64,000 nt of DNA, taken from assembly GCF_009914755.1 (NCBI RefSeq), contig NC_060927.1; one strand, 5' to 3'. The translations under genes were made by a program, and so were the position numbers. The notes under the pieces are model-generated. The model had not been told where the DNA came from and did no database searches. It saw nothing but the letters and a program-made list of their open reading frames with translations. How positions within the stretch are numbered: position 1 is the first letter of the stretch; each line of letters begins with the position of its first letter. Shown piece by piece: positions 1 to 13,134 of this stretch. The stretch comes from the human T2T-CHM13v2.0 reference genome, Homo sapiens.

Positions 1-770
1 TATAGAATGTTTAAGTAACCCACAAGAAGGCAGAAAAACGTAAACAGAAACAAAAAAGAGAACAAAGGAAAACAAAAAATTAAATGGCAAACTTAAGATC
101 TAACATAATAATTACATTAAATGTAAATAGTCTAAACATGTTAAAGACATATTGACAGCATAGATTTAAAAACATGACCCCAACATATACTATCTACATG
201 TAACTCATGTCAAATATTACAAGGTTGTATTTGAATATAGGCAGGTTGAAAGTAAAAGAAAATGGTAGATAGTAGAAAGTAAAAGAAAGTGGTAGATAGT
301 AGATGATAGATAATCATGTAAACATTAATAAAAAGAAAGCAGAGTGGCTATATTATTAGACAGAGAAGACATCAAAGTAAAGAAAATTACTAAAGATAGA
401 GAGAAACATTATGTAATGACAAAAAGGGTCAATTTACCAAAAGACATAGTAATCCTATATGTATATGTGCCAAACAACAGGGACATAAAATAATTGAAGC
501 AAAATCTGATAGAAATGAAAAGATAAATAGACAAATCCACAATTTTACTGGAAAACTTTAACACCTCTCTCTCAACAATTGATAGAATAACTGGACAGAA
601 GATCAGCAAGGATATAAAACTCAGTAGCACCACCGACCAACCATATCTAATAAAGATTTATAGGATGCTTCCCACAACAACAGCAAAATACATATTCTTT
701 GCAAGTGCCAATGGCACAAATATAAAGAAAGATCATCTCCTGGGCAAACAAATTATACAAATCACAACAA

Positions 771-1542
771 ATTTAAAATGACTGAAGTCATACCAAGTAT
801 ATTATCTGAGGACAATGGAATAAAACTACAAATCAGTAGCAGAAAGATAATAGTCTCCAAACACCCAGAGCCTAAACAACATGCATTTAAATAATTTATG
901 GGATAAAGCAGGAGCTACAAGATAAATTTTAAAAATACACTAAGCTGAATAAAAATAAAAATGAACAACTCAAACTTTGTGGAACACAGTGAAAGCATGC
1001 TGAAATGAAAATTTTTAGCACTAAAAAAGAAAAAAATCTCAAATCAATCTAATCTCGCACCTCAAGAATCTAGAAAAAGAAGAGTGAAATAAACCCAAAA
1101 CAAGCAGAAGAAAGATAATAAGAAAGATGAAGACAGAAATTTATAAAATTGAAAACAGAAAAATAGTAGAGCAAATCAGTGAAACAAAGAGAAGTTTCTT
1201 AAAAAAAAATCAATAAATATCTAAAAGCCTCTAGCAAGAGTGACAAAGAAATAAAAAGAAGACACAAATTACCAGTAACAGGAATGAAACAGAAGATATT
1301 ACTACAGACATCAAAAGGATAATAAGGGAATATTCTGAATAACTCCACATACAGAAATTTGACAATTTAGAGATTATAGATTAATTCCTCAGAAAACTCA
1401 AACTACCACAACTCACCCAATATGAAATAGATCATTTAAATAGCCCCACAACTATTAAGGAAATTGAATTAATAATTTTTTAAACCCACCAAAAGGAACA
1501 CCCCAGGACAAGAAAGCTTCAACAGGTAATTCTATTCAACAT
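771..1542 (+). repeat. Left arm of 770-bp inverted repeat (partner 3037-3806)
   Basis: Manual alignment to the reverse complement of 3037-3806 shows 4 substitutions and a 2-nt poly-A length difference. Confidence 0.97.
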
Positions 1543-2250
1543 TTAAAGAAGAAATAATGTTCATTCTACATAATCTTTTTCCAGAAAATAGTAGTGAATA
1601 CTTTTTTGTTCATTTTATGAAGCTACTATTACCCTGATTCTAAAACATGAAAAAAAAAACACAAAAAAGAAAAGCACAGATCAAAATTCCTGATGAACAC
1701 AGAAACAAAAATTCTCAACAAAATATTAGCAAATAGAATCTAGCAATACATGAAAAGAATTACATGCCATGACCAAGTAGAGATTATTCTAAGGATGTAA
1801 ATCTGCTTTAGTATTCAAAAATCAATCAATGTAATCCACCATTTGAACAAACTAAAGAAAAAAAATCACATGCTTATATAAATTGAAGGAGAGAGATTGG
1901 TTTATACAACTCAACACCTATTAATGATATTTTTTAAATCTCCCAGCAAAGAATAGAGAACATTCTTAACTTCATAGAGAGCATCTACCAAAAAACCTTA
2001 CAGTTAACATTATACTTAATGATGAAAAATTGAATGTTTTCCCTTAATGTTTGGAGCAAAATAAGGATGTCCACTATCATCACTTTTATTCAACATAAAA
2101 GTTCTAGCCAGTGAAACAAGATAAGTAAAAGAAATAAAAGATGCACAGAGTAGAAAGGAAGAAATAAAAAATGTTCTTATTTTCATATTGTCAGTGTTGA
2201 AAATCCAAAATAATCTTTAAAAAGAAAAAAAAAAGAAGAAATGAAACTAA

Positions 2251-2962
<712 letters not shown>

Positions 2963-3036
2963 ATATATAAATGCAATGGTATTTACAATCACTAAAAAAT
3001 TTAAGTGCTTAGGTATAAATTTAATAAAACATGTAC

Positions 3037-3806
3037 ATGTTGGATAGAATTACCCATTGAAGCTTTCTTGTCCTGGGGTGTTCCTTTTGGTGGGTTTAAA
3101 AAATTATTAATTCAATTTCCTTAATAGTTGTGGGGCTATTTAAATGATCTATTTCATATTGGGTGAGTTGTGGTAGTTTGAGTTTTCTGAGGAATTAATC
3201 TATAATCTCTAAATTGTCAAATTTCTGTATGTGGAGTTATTCAGAATATTCCCTTATTATCCTTTTGATGTCTGTAGTAATATCTTCTGTTTCATTCCTG
3301 ATACTGGTAATTTGTGTCTTCTTTTTATTTCTTTGTCACTCTTGCTAGAGGCTTTTAGATATTTATTGATTTTTTTAAGAAACTTCTCTTTGTTTCACTG
3401 ATTTGCTCTACTATTTTTCTGTTTTCAATTTTATAAATTTCTGTCTTCATCTTTCTTATTATCTTTCTTCTGCTTGTTTTGGGTTTATTTCACTCTTCTT
3501 TTTCTAGATTCTTGAGGTGCGAGATTAGATTGATTTGAGATTTTTTTCTTTTTTAGTGCTAAAAATTTTCATTTCAGCATGCTTTCACTGTGTTCCACAA
3601 AGTTTGAGTTGTTCATTTTTATTTTTATTCAGCTTAGTGTATTTTTAAAATTTATCTTGTAGCTCCTGCTTTATCCCATAAATTATTTAAATGCATGTTG
3701 TTTAGGCTCTGGGTGTTTGGAGACTATTATCTTTCTGCTACTGATTTGTAGTTTTATTCCATTGTCCTCAGATAATATACTTGGTATGACTTCAGTCATT
3801 TTAAAT
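3037..3806 (-). repeat. Right arm of 770-bp inverted repeat (inverted copy of 771-1542)
   Basis: Direct reverse-complement match: 3806 pairs with 771 and 3037 with 1542. Confidence 0.97.
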
Positions 3807-3811
3807 GGTGG

Positions 3812-4293
3812 GTTTACATTCCCACGAGCAGTGTAGAAGTGTTCCCTGATCACCGCATCTATGCCAACATCTACTGTTTTTCAATTCTTTGATTATGGCC
3901 ATTCTTACAGGAGTAAGGTGGTATCGCATTGAATACTACTCAGCATAAAAAGGAATGAATTAACAGCATTTGCAGTGACCTGGATGAGATTAGAGACTAT
4001 TATTCTAAGTGAAATAACTCAGGAATGGAAAACCAAACATCAGATGTTCTCACTGATACCTGGGAGCTAAGCTGTGAGGACACAAATGCATAAGAATGAT
4101 ACAATACACTTTGGGAACTTGGGGTAAAGAGTGGGAGGGGGTTGAGAGCCAAAAGACAACAAATATGGTGCAGTGTATACTGCTCGGGTGATGGGTGCAC
4201 CAAAATCTCACAAATCTCCACTAAACAACTTATGTAACCAAATACGACCTGTACCCCAATAACTTATGGAAAAATAAATTTTTTTAAAAAATA
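3812..4293 (+). mobile_element. 5'-truncated, 5'-inverted (twin-primed) L1PB1-like element
   Basis: 3812-3931 is antisense ORF2 3' sequence (gtttacattcccacgagcagtgtagaag...gtatcgcattg). 3931-4293 is the sense L1PB1-type 3' end (ctcactgatacctgggagctaagc; cctgtaccccaataacttatggaaaaataaa). Confidence 0.85.
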
Positions 4294-4295
4294 AT

Positions 4296-4713
4296 ATTTC
4301 AGCTTGCAGCTCAACCACACAAATGTTTTTCCTCAAAATAACCACACTTTATGGGAATAAATTTCCTGTTTCCTCACATAGGGTATTAAAGTCATGTACT
4401 CAAGGGTTGAGATATAATAAAATTAATAGTTATATGGCTGCATAAAGAATATTCTCAATAAAATTGGATTTCTTTTCTGTAGGGTATAGCAGTGAAGAAT
4501 ATAGTACACTATTTACACAATACAAGTACAATTGTGTCCCACAGCCTTGACTCCCGCTGAGACACCAGCAATTTTATCCACCATTGCAGATGTCAAAACA
4601 ACAAAGAAGATGAGTGATATCTCAGTATTATCTTGAAAGTAGTTTTGACCTTGCAAATCCCTAAAGGGTCTGGGAGACCATCAGGTGTGCAGGGACTACT
4701 CCTTGAGAATTGT
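4296..4713. mobile_element. hAT-Charlie (Charlie1-like) DNA transposon terminal fragment
   Basis: End motif tcagtattatcttgaaagtagttttgacc...aaagggtctgggagacc...ttgagaattg resembles the recalled Charlie1 terminus. Confidence 0.6.
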
Positions 4714-6263
4714 GGCACTTTGGCATTGTGATTTAAAATGTACTACAAGATGGGATAATAATATGTTTACAACGGATATAAGGAAAGTAGACAGGATGGT
4801 ATTCTTACAGCCATGTTCCCACCAGGGTCAAGAGAAAAGAACAAAGCCTAGTACATGCCAGGGCCATCCCTTCCAAATGGGCCACAAATGCCCCTCTGGA
4901 GGCTGCTGACCTGGAGACCTGCAATGGACACATCTTGCCAGCTCTCCTTCCTCTTTCTCCAGAGGCCTGCCCAGCCTTGCTAGCTATATATTACACCCAA
5001 CAGAGCAGAGCGATACTGGAAAATAATCAAATGTTTCCCCTTTTAAAGTGTGGTTGACAGGGACCTTTTAGAATTTCTAAATGGTCATGTAAAATGTATT
5101 CATTTTAAGACAAATGATATTTGATTCCTATGAAGCAGCTAAGGATTTTTTCCTATCTCAGATTATTATAAAAAGTATCTGCCTAGGAAAAAAGTAAACT
5201 TCTAGAGATCTTAAATCTGAAATTATTTCTAAATGGAGAAAAAAATGAATTTTTCCAGGGGGAGTAAAATATCTATGTATTTCCAAATGATACTGCTTTT
5301 CTTCACCTAAAGTTAGTCAGACTATGGCTCCATGTAAGTGAAAACGGTTAAAAAAAAATGGGGCTTAGTTCAAAACTGACATTGTCTTTTTTATTTGTTT
5401 TTTAAAACAATTTATTGAGATGAAGCTTTGATAAAAATTTCTTGAAGGAAAAATTCAATTGATTCTGATATACATTTTAATTTCAGTTTTAGAAAGTCAG
5501 GTCCTCATTATACTGACCATTTTTGGGCCTTTCAAAACACAAAGTTTTAAGGCTTAATTTTAACGAAATGTCAAAACTCAGAGTAAGGCAACAGCTATCA
5601 ATAAATTATCTCTTTTTATCAAAAAATATATAGGACATTCATACTGAAAATGAAAAAAATAGAAGAAAGAAATCAATGATCTAAATAAGTAGAGAGATAC
5701 ACTGTTCTTATGAATTGAAAGATTTAACATGGTCATAAGATTAAGTTCCTCAAACTGATATACAGGATTAATTTAATTCCTATCAATATCTTCACAAGAT
5801 CTTTTGTGGATATAGATGAGATAATGGGAAAATGTATATTGAAAGCCATAGAAGGTAGAATAGCTAAAACAAACTTTTTTTGGAAAAAAAAAAGTGAGAG
5901 AAATCAGTCTACCTGATTTTATGACTGATTATATAGCTGTAGTAATTAAACTGTGTGGTATTGGCAGAGGAATAAACACGTAGATCAATGGAACAGAATT
6001 GAAAACGCAGAAATAGAGCTACACAAAATTACCCAACTAATTTTTGACAAAATTACAATTGCAGTTGGTTGGAGGAAGGATAGTCATTTTAGCAAATAAC
6101 ATTGGAGCCTGTGTCTGTTTCACCATTGGTTGGATAGTCATATAACTAGCATGCAAACAGCAGTAACACAGCATCTTAAAATCTTAAAAATGATTTCTAA
6201 ATTTTGATACAGATTTAAATTTTGAAAATATTATACTAAACTTTTATGGATTAAAACATAGGG

Positions 6264-6560
6264 GGCCGAGCACAGTGGCTCACACCTGTAATCCCAGCAT
6301 TTTGGGAGGCAGAGGCGGGAGGAACGCTCAAGCTCAGGAGTTCAAGATCAGCCTGGGCAACATAGCAAAACCCTGTCTCTACTAAAATTACAAAAAAATT
6401 AGCCAGGCATGGTGGCATGTGTCTGTGGTCCCAGCCACTCAGGAGAGTGAGGTGGGAGGATTGTTTGAGCCAGGGGGGTTGAGGCCACAGTGAGCCAAGA
6501 CTGCACCACTGCACTCCAGCCTTGGCAACAGGGGTAGACCCCGTCTCAAAAAAAAAAAAG
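6264..6560 (+). mobile_element. AluJ element
   Basis: AluJ-type gggaggattgtttgagccagg motif; A-tail. Confidence 0.9.
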
Positions 6561-6570
6561 AAGTCTCATT

Positions 6571-6889
6571 GGCTGGACACAGTGGCTCACCTCTATAATC
6601 CCACCACTTTGGGAGGACGAGGCTGGCAGATGACTTGAGGTCAGGAGTTCGAGACCAGCCTGGCCAACATAGTGAAACCCCAGCTCTACTAAAAATATAA
6701 AAATTAGCCAGGCATTGTGGTGCACACCTGTAATCCCAGCTATTCGGGAGGCTGAAGTAGGAGAATCATTTGAATCTGGGAGGTGGAGGTTGCATTGAGC
6801 TAAGATGGTGCCACTTCACTCCAGCCTGAGAGACAGCGAGACTGCATCTCAAAAATAAATAAATAATTAAATATTAAATAAAATAAAAA
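6571..6889 (+). mobile_element. AluS element in tandem behind the AluJ
   Basis: Full dimer with (aaat)n tail. Confidence 0.92.
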
Positions 6890-7933
6890 TGTAGGATAGT
6901 TGCACCATAAATTTTGAATAACCCTTTTAAAATATACTCATAAATATTTGGGAGAAAAATGTTTAAATAATAATTAGGTTCTGAAAACTACGTTATTATT
7001 CTCAAGTTAATTTAAAGTACAAGGAAATGTTACTAATCATGCTTTTAGAATTTTTTTTAAAATGGTATTTGAATAATTGAACATCCATAGGCAAAAAGAA
7101 AAAACAAAAAACAAACAAACAAAAAACCTTTACCTGGACCTCATACCTTATACAAAAGTTCATTCAAAATGTATTACAGACTTAAATATAAAACACAAAA
7201 CTATAAAACTTAGAAAAAATAAACAGTTCTTAGATGTAATACCAGAAAGCATAATCTACTGAAGAAAAAAAAACTTTTCTTTAAATCGGACTTCCTCAAA
7301 ATTTAAAACTTTTGCTCTGTGAAAGACCCTGTGAAGAGAATGAAAAGATAACCTATAGTCTGGGAGAAAATATTTGCAAACCAGATATCCAACAAAAGAC
7401 TACCATCTAGAGTATATAAAGAACATTCAAAATTCAACAGTAAAAAATAAATCCAAATAGAAAATGGTCAAAAGACATAAAAGGACATTTCACTTAACAG
7501 GCTATAAAGATGGCAAATAAGCACATGAAAAGATGTTCGATATTGTTAGTCAATAGAAAAACACAAATTAAAACCAAGTGAGATATCACTACATACCTAT
7601 CAGAATAGCTAAAAATTTTTAAATAATAACAACACCATAGACAGTCAAGGATGTGGAGAAACTGGATTACTGATACACTGCTAGTGAAAATGTAAAATGG
7701 CATACCCACTCTGGAAAACAGTTTGGCAGTTTCTTTAAAAACCAAATATACAACTGCCATATAATCCAGCAATTGCATCCCTGGGTACTCATTCCAAAAA
7801 ATAAAATAAAATAAAATCTTATATTCACACAAACCTGTACATGAATGTATATGCTTCTTTTTTTGTAATATCCAAATACTGAAAACAACCAGATGTCCAT
7901 TAATGGGTTTACAGTTAAGCAAACTATGATACA

Positions 7934-10900
7934 AGAGTAACATTCAAAAAATGGTCAAATAGGAAGTCTCAGGCTCCATTCTCCCCCATAGAAAGTTCAA
8001 CTAGCAAACATGCACAGACTAAAACATTCTTCCAACACCTAGAAACAATGCTGAGACACTTGTGTGGTATGCAGAATTGAACAAAATCCAAATTTTGGAT
8101 TTTGATTTAAGATTTTGGATTTAAGAAAATTCCACAAGATACCAGAGAATATGGGTAGACAGTTCAACAAAATCAGGGAAACAATTTATGATGTAAATGG
8201 GAAATTCAACAAAGAAATAAATAACATAAGATATAAATCCTGAGTTGAAGACTTCAGCGAATAACATAAAAGATACAATTGAGAACTTCAACAGCATATT
8301 AGATTAAGCAAAAGAAATTTATTAACTTGAAGACAGATCTTTTGAAATAGACAGAAAAAAATATTAAAATGAGTGAAAAAAGATGAGACTTATGGGACAC
8401 TATTAAGAAAACAAATTTTCACATTATGGGAATTATAGAGAAGGAAGCTCAGAGAAAGGCACATAAAGCTTATTTAATAAGCTGACAAATTGTAGGACAG
8501 ATATGGATGTCCATTTCCATGAAGCTCAAAGCCCGCAATTAAATTCAATCCAAAGTAGTCCTTGCTGAGGCATGTTAAAATTCAACTATTGAAAGTCAAA
8601 GACAGAGATAATTCTAAAAGCAGCAAGAGAAAAGCATCCAGTCGTGTATAAAACAATCTCCATTAGACTATCAGTAGATTTCTCAGCAGGCCAGGAGAGA
8701 ATGCAATGATATATTTAAAGTGCTGGAAAAAAAATTATTCAACCAAGAATACTATACCCAGAAAAACTATCCTTTGGAAATGAAGGGAAAATAAAGTATT
8801 TTCCAGGCAAGCAAAAGCTGATGTAATTCATTACGATTAGACCAGTCTTACAATAAATGCTGAAGAAAGTGGTCCAACTGGAAGCAAAAGGAAATTAATT
8901 ACTGCCATGAAAACATATGAAAGTATAAAACTCACTGGTAGAGGTAAGCCCATAAGCAAATTCAGGATAATCATTTACTGGAATAGTAGTATATAATCTT
9001 TTGGATCTCTAATGTAAATGTTAAAAGTCAAAATGATCAATGATAGCCATAGCTGCAATAAGTTGTTAAGGAATATACAGTAAAGAAATATATAAATTAA
9101 GGCATCAAATTGTAAACTGTGGGGGAGAAAGTAGAAGTCTAAAATATTTCTGTGTGAGCAAAGTTAAGTTGTTATCAGCTTAAAAGAGTCTATAACTACA
9201 AGATTTTGTAAATGCAAGCCCCAGAGTAACAAAGAAAAAATAACAAATATGCAAATTAGAAAGAGATGGGAATAAAAGCTAATGACTACAGAAAACCACC
9301 AAATCACAAAGGTAAACAACAAGAGAGAGAAAGGAACAAAATATTTACACAATATCAACACCTGTGAAAAAAAATTTTTTAATCTACAAAGTAACCAGAA
9401 AACAACTAACACAATGGCAAAAGTAAGTTCTGCCTCATCAACAATAATCTTGAATGTAAATTGATTAAATTATCCAATAAAACATATAGGGTAGTTGAAT
9501 GAATACAAGAACAAGACCCAACTATATCCTGCCTGCAAAAGACTCACTCACACACTGGGGAAAGAACAGTCTCTTTAATAAATAGTGCTGGATAAACTGG
9601 ATATCTACATGCAGAAGAATGAAGCTTCCCATCTCTTCCCATAGACAAAATCAACTAAAAATGGATTAAAGACTTAGATGTAAGACCCAAAACTATAAAA
9701 CTACTGGAAGAAAACCTAGGGAAAATGCTTAATGACATTGATCTGGGAACAAATTATTTTTTATAAGAACTCAAAAATACAGGCAACACAAGCAAAATGA
9801 GACAAGTGGGATGACATTAAACTAAAAACCTTCTATATGATAAAAAAATCAACAGAGTAAAGTGACAACTCACAAAATGGAAGAAAATATTTGCAAACTA
9901 TGGATCTCAGAAGGGGTTAATATACAGAATATATGAGGAACTCAACACAATAGCAAAAAGACAATCTGATTTTAAAATGGGCAGAAGACCAGAATAGACA
10001 TTTCTCAAAAGAAGGCAAAGAGCCAACATGTATATGAAAAAATGCTCAACATCACTAATCACCAAAGAAATGCAAATCAAAACCACAGTGAGATGTTAAC
10101 TCACTCCAATTAGAATGGCTGTTACCAAAAAAAACACAAAACAACAAATGGTGGTATGATTCTGGGAAAACAGGAACCCTTTTCTTATTTAATAGAAATG
10201 TAAATTAGTAGGGTCATTATGAAAAAAAACAGCATGAAGATTTCTCAAAATTTTTTTTAAAAAAAGAACTACCATATGATCCAGCAATTTCACTACCAGG
10301 TATTTACCCAAAGGAAATTAAATCAGTATATTGAAGAGATATCTGCACACCCATGCTTATTGCAGCACTGTTCATAATAGCCAAGATATGGAATGACACA
10401 AGTGTCATCAGATAAATGGATAAAGAAAAATGTAATATATATACACAATGAGATACTATTCCACCATAAAAAAGAATGAGATTCTGTCATTTGTGGAAAC
10501 ATGGGTGAACCTGGAGGACGTATGTGAAGTGAAATAAGCTGGGCCCAGAAAGAAAAATAACATATGCTCTCACTCATTTGTGGAATCTAAAAAAGCTGAT
10601 CTCACATAACTAGAGAGTAGAATAGTGATTACAAGAGAATAGAGAAGGTAAGGGAAATGGGGCATGAGGAAACTTTTATCAATAAGTAAGAAAATTACAG
10701 TTAGATAGGAGGAATAAGTTCTGGCGTTCTATCTCACAGTAGGGTGACTATAGCTAACAATATTGTATTGTGTTTCTCAAAATAAGTAGAAGAGAGAATT
10801 TTGAATACTCTCACAAGAAAATAGTAAATGTTTTAGGTGATGGGTATGTTTAACACCCTGATTTGATCATTACACAATGTATACATGTATCAAAACATCA

Positions 10901-10960
10901 CAATGTACCTCACAGATCTGTAAAATTATTATGTGTCAAATAGAAATAGAATAATACTTT
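7934..10960 (+). mobile_element. L1MA (L1MA4/5-like) element with both ends but large internal deletions
   Basis: 5' start gagtaacattcaaaaaatggtcaaataggaagtc; ORF1 remnants ~8130-8910. ORF2 start ~9413 jumps at ~9550 to late ORF2 (cactggggaaagaacagtctc). L1MA-type 3' end gatcattacacaatgtatacatgtatcaaaacatcac. Confidence 0.8.
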
Positions 10961-11066
10961 TAAGAAAGTAAAAAGAGAATAGAGCTTCTTCCACCTAGCA
11001 GTTTAAAATATAAGTAATATATAAATATGTATGAATAATTAAAGACCAAAGATAAAGTGTTAAAAA

Positions 11067-11292
11067 AAATTGTGATACATTTATACTATGGAATATTATT
11101 CAGCAATAAAAGGGTATGAAGTATTGTTATAAGCAACGAGCTGGATAGATTGTCAGAGAAATACTGGGTTTAAAAAAGGCATTCCCAAAATGTTACATTC
11201 TGTTACACAAATTACTTCATTAATATGAAATAACCAAATTATAAAGATGGAGAACGGACTAGTGATTGCTAGGGGCTAAAGAGCAGGCATGA
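11067..11292 (+). mobile_element. L1MD-like 3' UTR, part 1 (part 2 at 34528-34765)
   Basis: tgtgatacatttatactatggaatattattcagc...atggagaacggactagtgattgctaggggc continues the element interrupted at 7933. Confidence 0.75.
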
Positions 11293-12984
11293 GGTTTCTG
11301 GTTTCCAGTCCAGCATACAATAAATTGGCAAGTTGCCACTCCATCTTAACAACAAGTAAAAACCTGTACAAACTGGAAAATCAACAACTCTTAGATTCGT
11401 TAAAGTGGTGTCACAGGGCAAACTGCTGACCCCAAAATTAGAGAGACTGACCGAGGAATAGAGAGAATCACAACTGGAAGGAGCAGAAACTGCTATGGGA
11501 ACTGGTGCTGAGGTAAGAAAGCATGAGCTGCAATTGATGAATTGCTGGAGGCTCAGTGTGAAAAATCCTGAGAGATTAAAAACTCCAGAGGGAACCAGTC
11601 ATGACCAGTGAGGGGTCCCCAAACTTCGGTGAGTTTTACTTTCTAAACCTCTACAAGGTTCTCATGGCAATATCAGAGAAAAATCTCCTCATGTCCAGGA
11701 GGGAGACAAGAAAATGAACCATTTAAAAATATGCCAAAGCATTCTGTTCTTCTTAACAAAGTCTGCCTTCCGGAGAAACTATTTTACTACAGCCTAACCT
11801 GCTGGGGTTTTGTCAGAGCCTAAGTGACCTGGGAAAAAGGAAATACCAAATTACAGCCCACTCTAGCTATCCTCTGTCATCTAAGGCAGGGCCGGGGGTG
11901 GGGTTAAGAATCACAGGTGAAGTTCACAGTCCCCAAGCACAAGCTCACTAAAAGACGGAGACCTAATCAGAGGACTACACAACAATTCTCTTCTCTATGC
12001 ACCTTTCCACATTGCAAATGGCCTATTCAGAGCAGTTCCTTTTACCCAATAAATTGGGTCTGGCTATTAAAAAAAAATCACAAGACATACTAAAGAGTAA
12101 AAACAGTTTGAAGAGACAGAGAAAGCATCAAAAGCAGACTCAGATATGACTATGGCAGAGATGTTGGAATTAACATACAGAAAATTTACAACTTTGATTA
12201 AGATGCTAAGGGCTATCATGGATAAACTAGACTGCAGGCAAGAACAGAGAGATGGAAATTCTAAGGTAAGCAGAGAGATGGAAATTCTAAGAAATAATAA
12301 AAAAGAAATGTTAGAGATCAAAAACACTGTAAGAGGAATGTGGAATACCTTTTATGGGCTTAATGGTAGACTGAATGTGGCTGAGGAGGATCTCCAAGTT
12401 TTAGGATATCTCAATAGAAGTCTCCCCAAGTGAAAAGCAAAGAGAAAAACAACTAAATTAAAAGAACAGAATATCCAGGAAGTACAAAAGGTGCAACATA
12501 TATGTAATGGAAATGTGAGAAGGATTAAAAAAGAGAGAGAAAAAAAATGAACAGAAGAAATACTTGGAAAAATGACTGAGAATTTCCCCTGAATTAATGT
12601 AAAACACCAAACCACAGATTCAGGAAGCTCAGAGAATACCAAACAAAATGAATGCCAGAAAAACAATACTTCAGCTCATCATTTTCAAACTACAGAAAGT
12701 CAAAAATAAAAAAATTCTGAAAGTAACTATGGCAGTCAAAAACAAATGACCTATAGAGAAGCAAAGATTAGAATTATATGACTTGTTAAAAAAAACATGT
12801 AAGCAAGAAGACAGTAGAGTGAAAAATTTTAAGTAATCAGAGAAAAAACAATAACCTAGAATTCTATACCCTGGAAAATTATCCTTCAAAAGTAAAGAAA
12901 TAAGAACTTTTTCAGAAAAACACAATTTGAGTGAATTTGTTGCCAGTATACCTGCCTGGAGAGAAATGTTAAAAGAAATTCTTT

Positions 12985-13134
12985 AGGGAGATATACCTAA
13001 TGCTAGATGACAAGTTAGTGGGTGCAGCGCACCAGCATGGCACATGTATACGTATGTAACTAACCTGCACATTGTGCACATGTACCCTAAAACTTAAAGT
13101 ATAATAATAATAAATAAAATAAAATAAAATAAAG
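12985..13134 (+). mobile_element. Short 5'-truncated young L1 (L1PA2/L1PA3-type) 3' end
   Basis: gggagatatacctaatgctagatgacaagttagtgggtgcagcgcaccagcatggcac...aaacttaaagtataataa plus tail. Exact 13-bp TSD aaagaaattcttt at 12972-12984 / 13135-13147. Confidence 0.93.

Larger units (their letters stand above)
5627..7933 (+). mobile_element. Continuation of the L1MD-like element (ORF2 3' part); interrupted at ~6109-7058
   Basis: Resumes where 3036 stops (aaaacatgtaca|ggac...actgaaaa). Contains gatcaatggaacagaattgaaaac, tgggagaaaatatttgcaaac and ctctggaaaacagtttggcagtttc. Confidence 0.8.
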
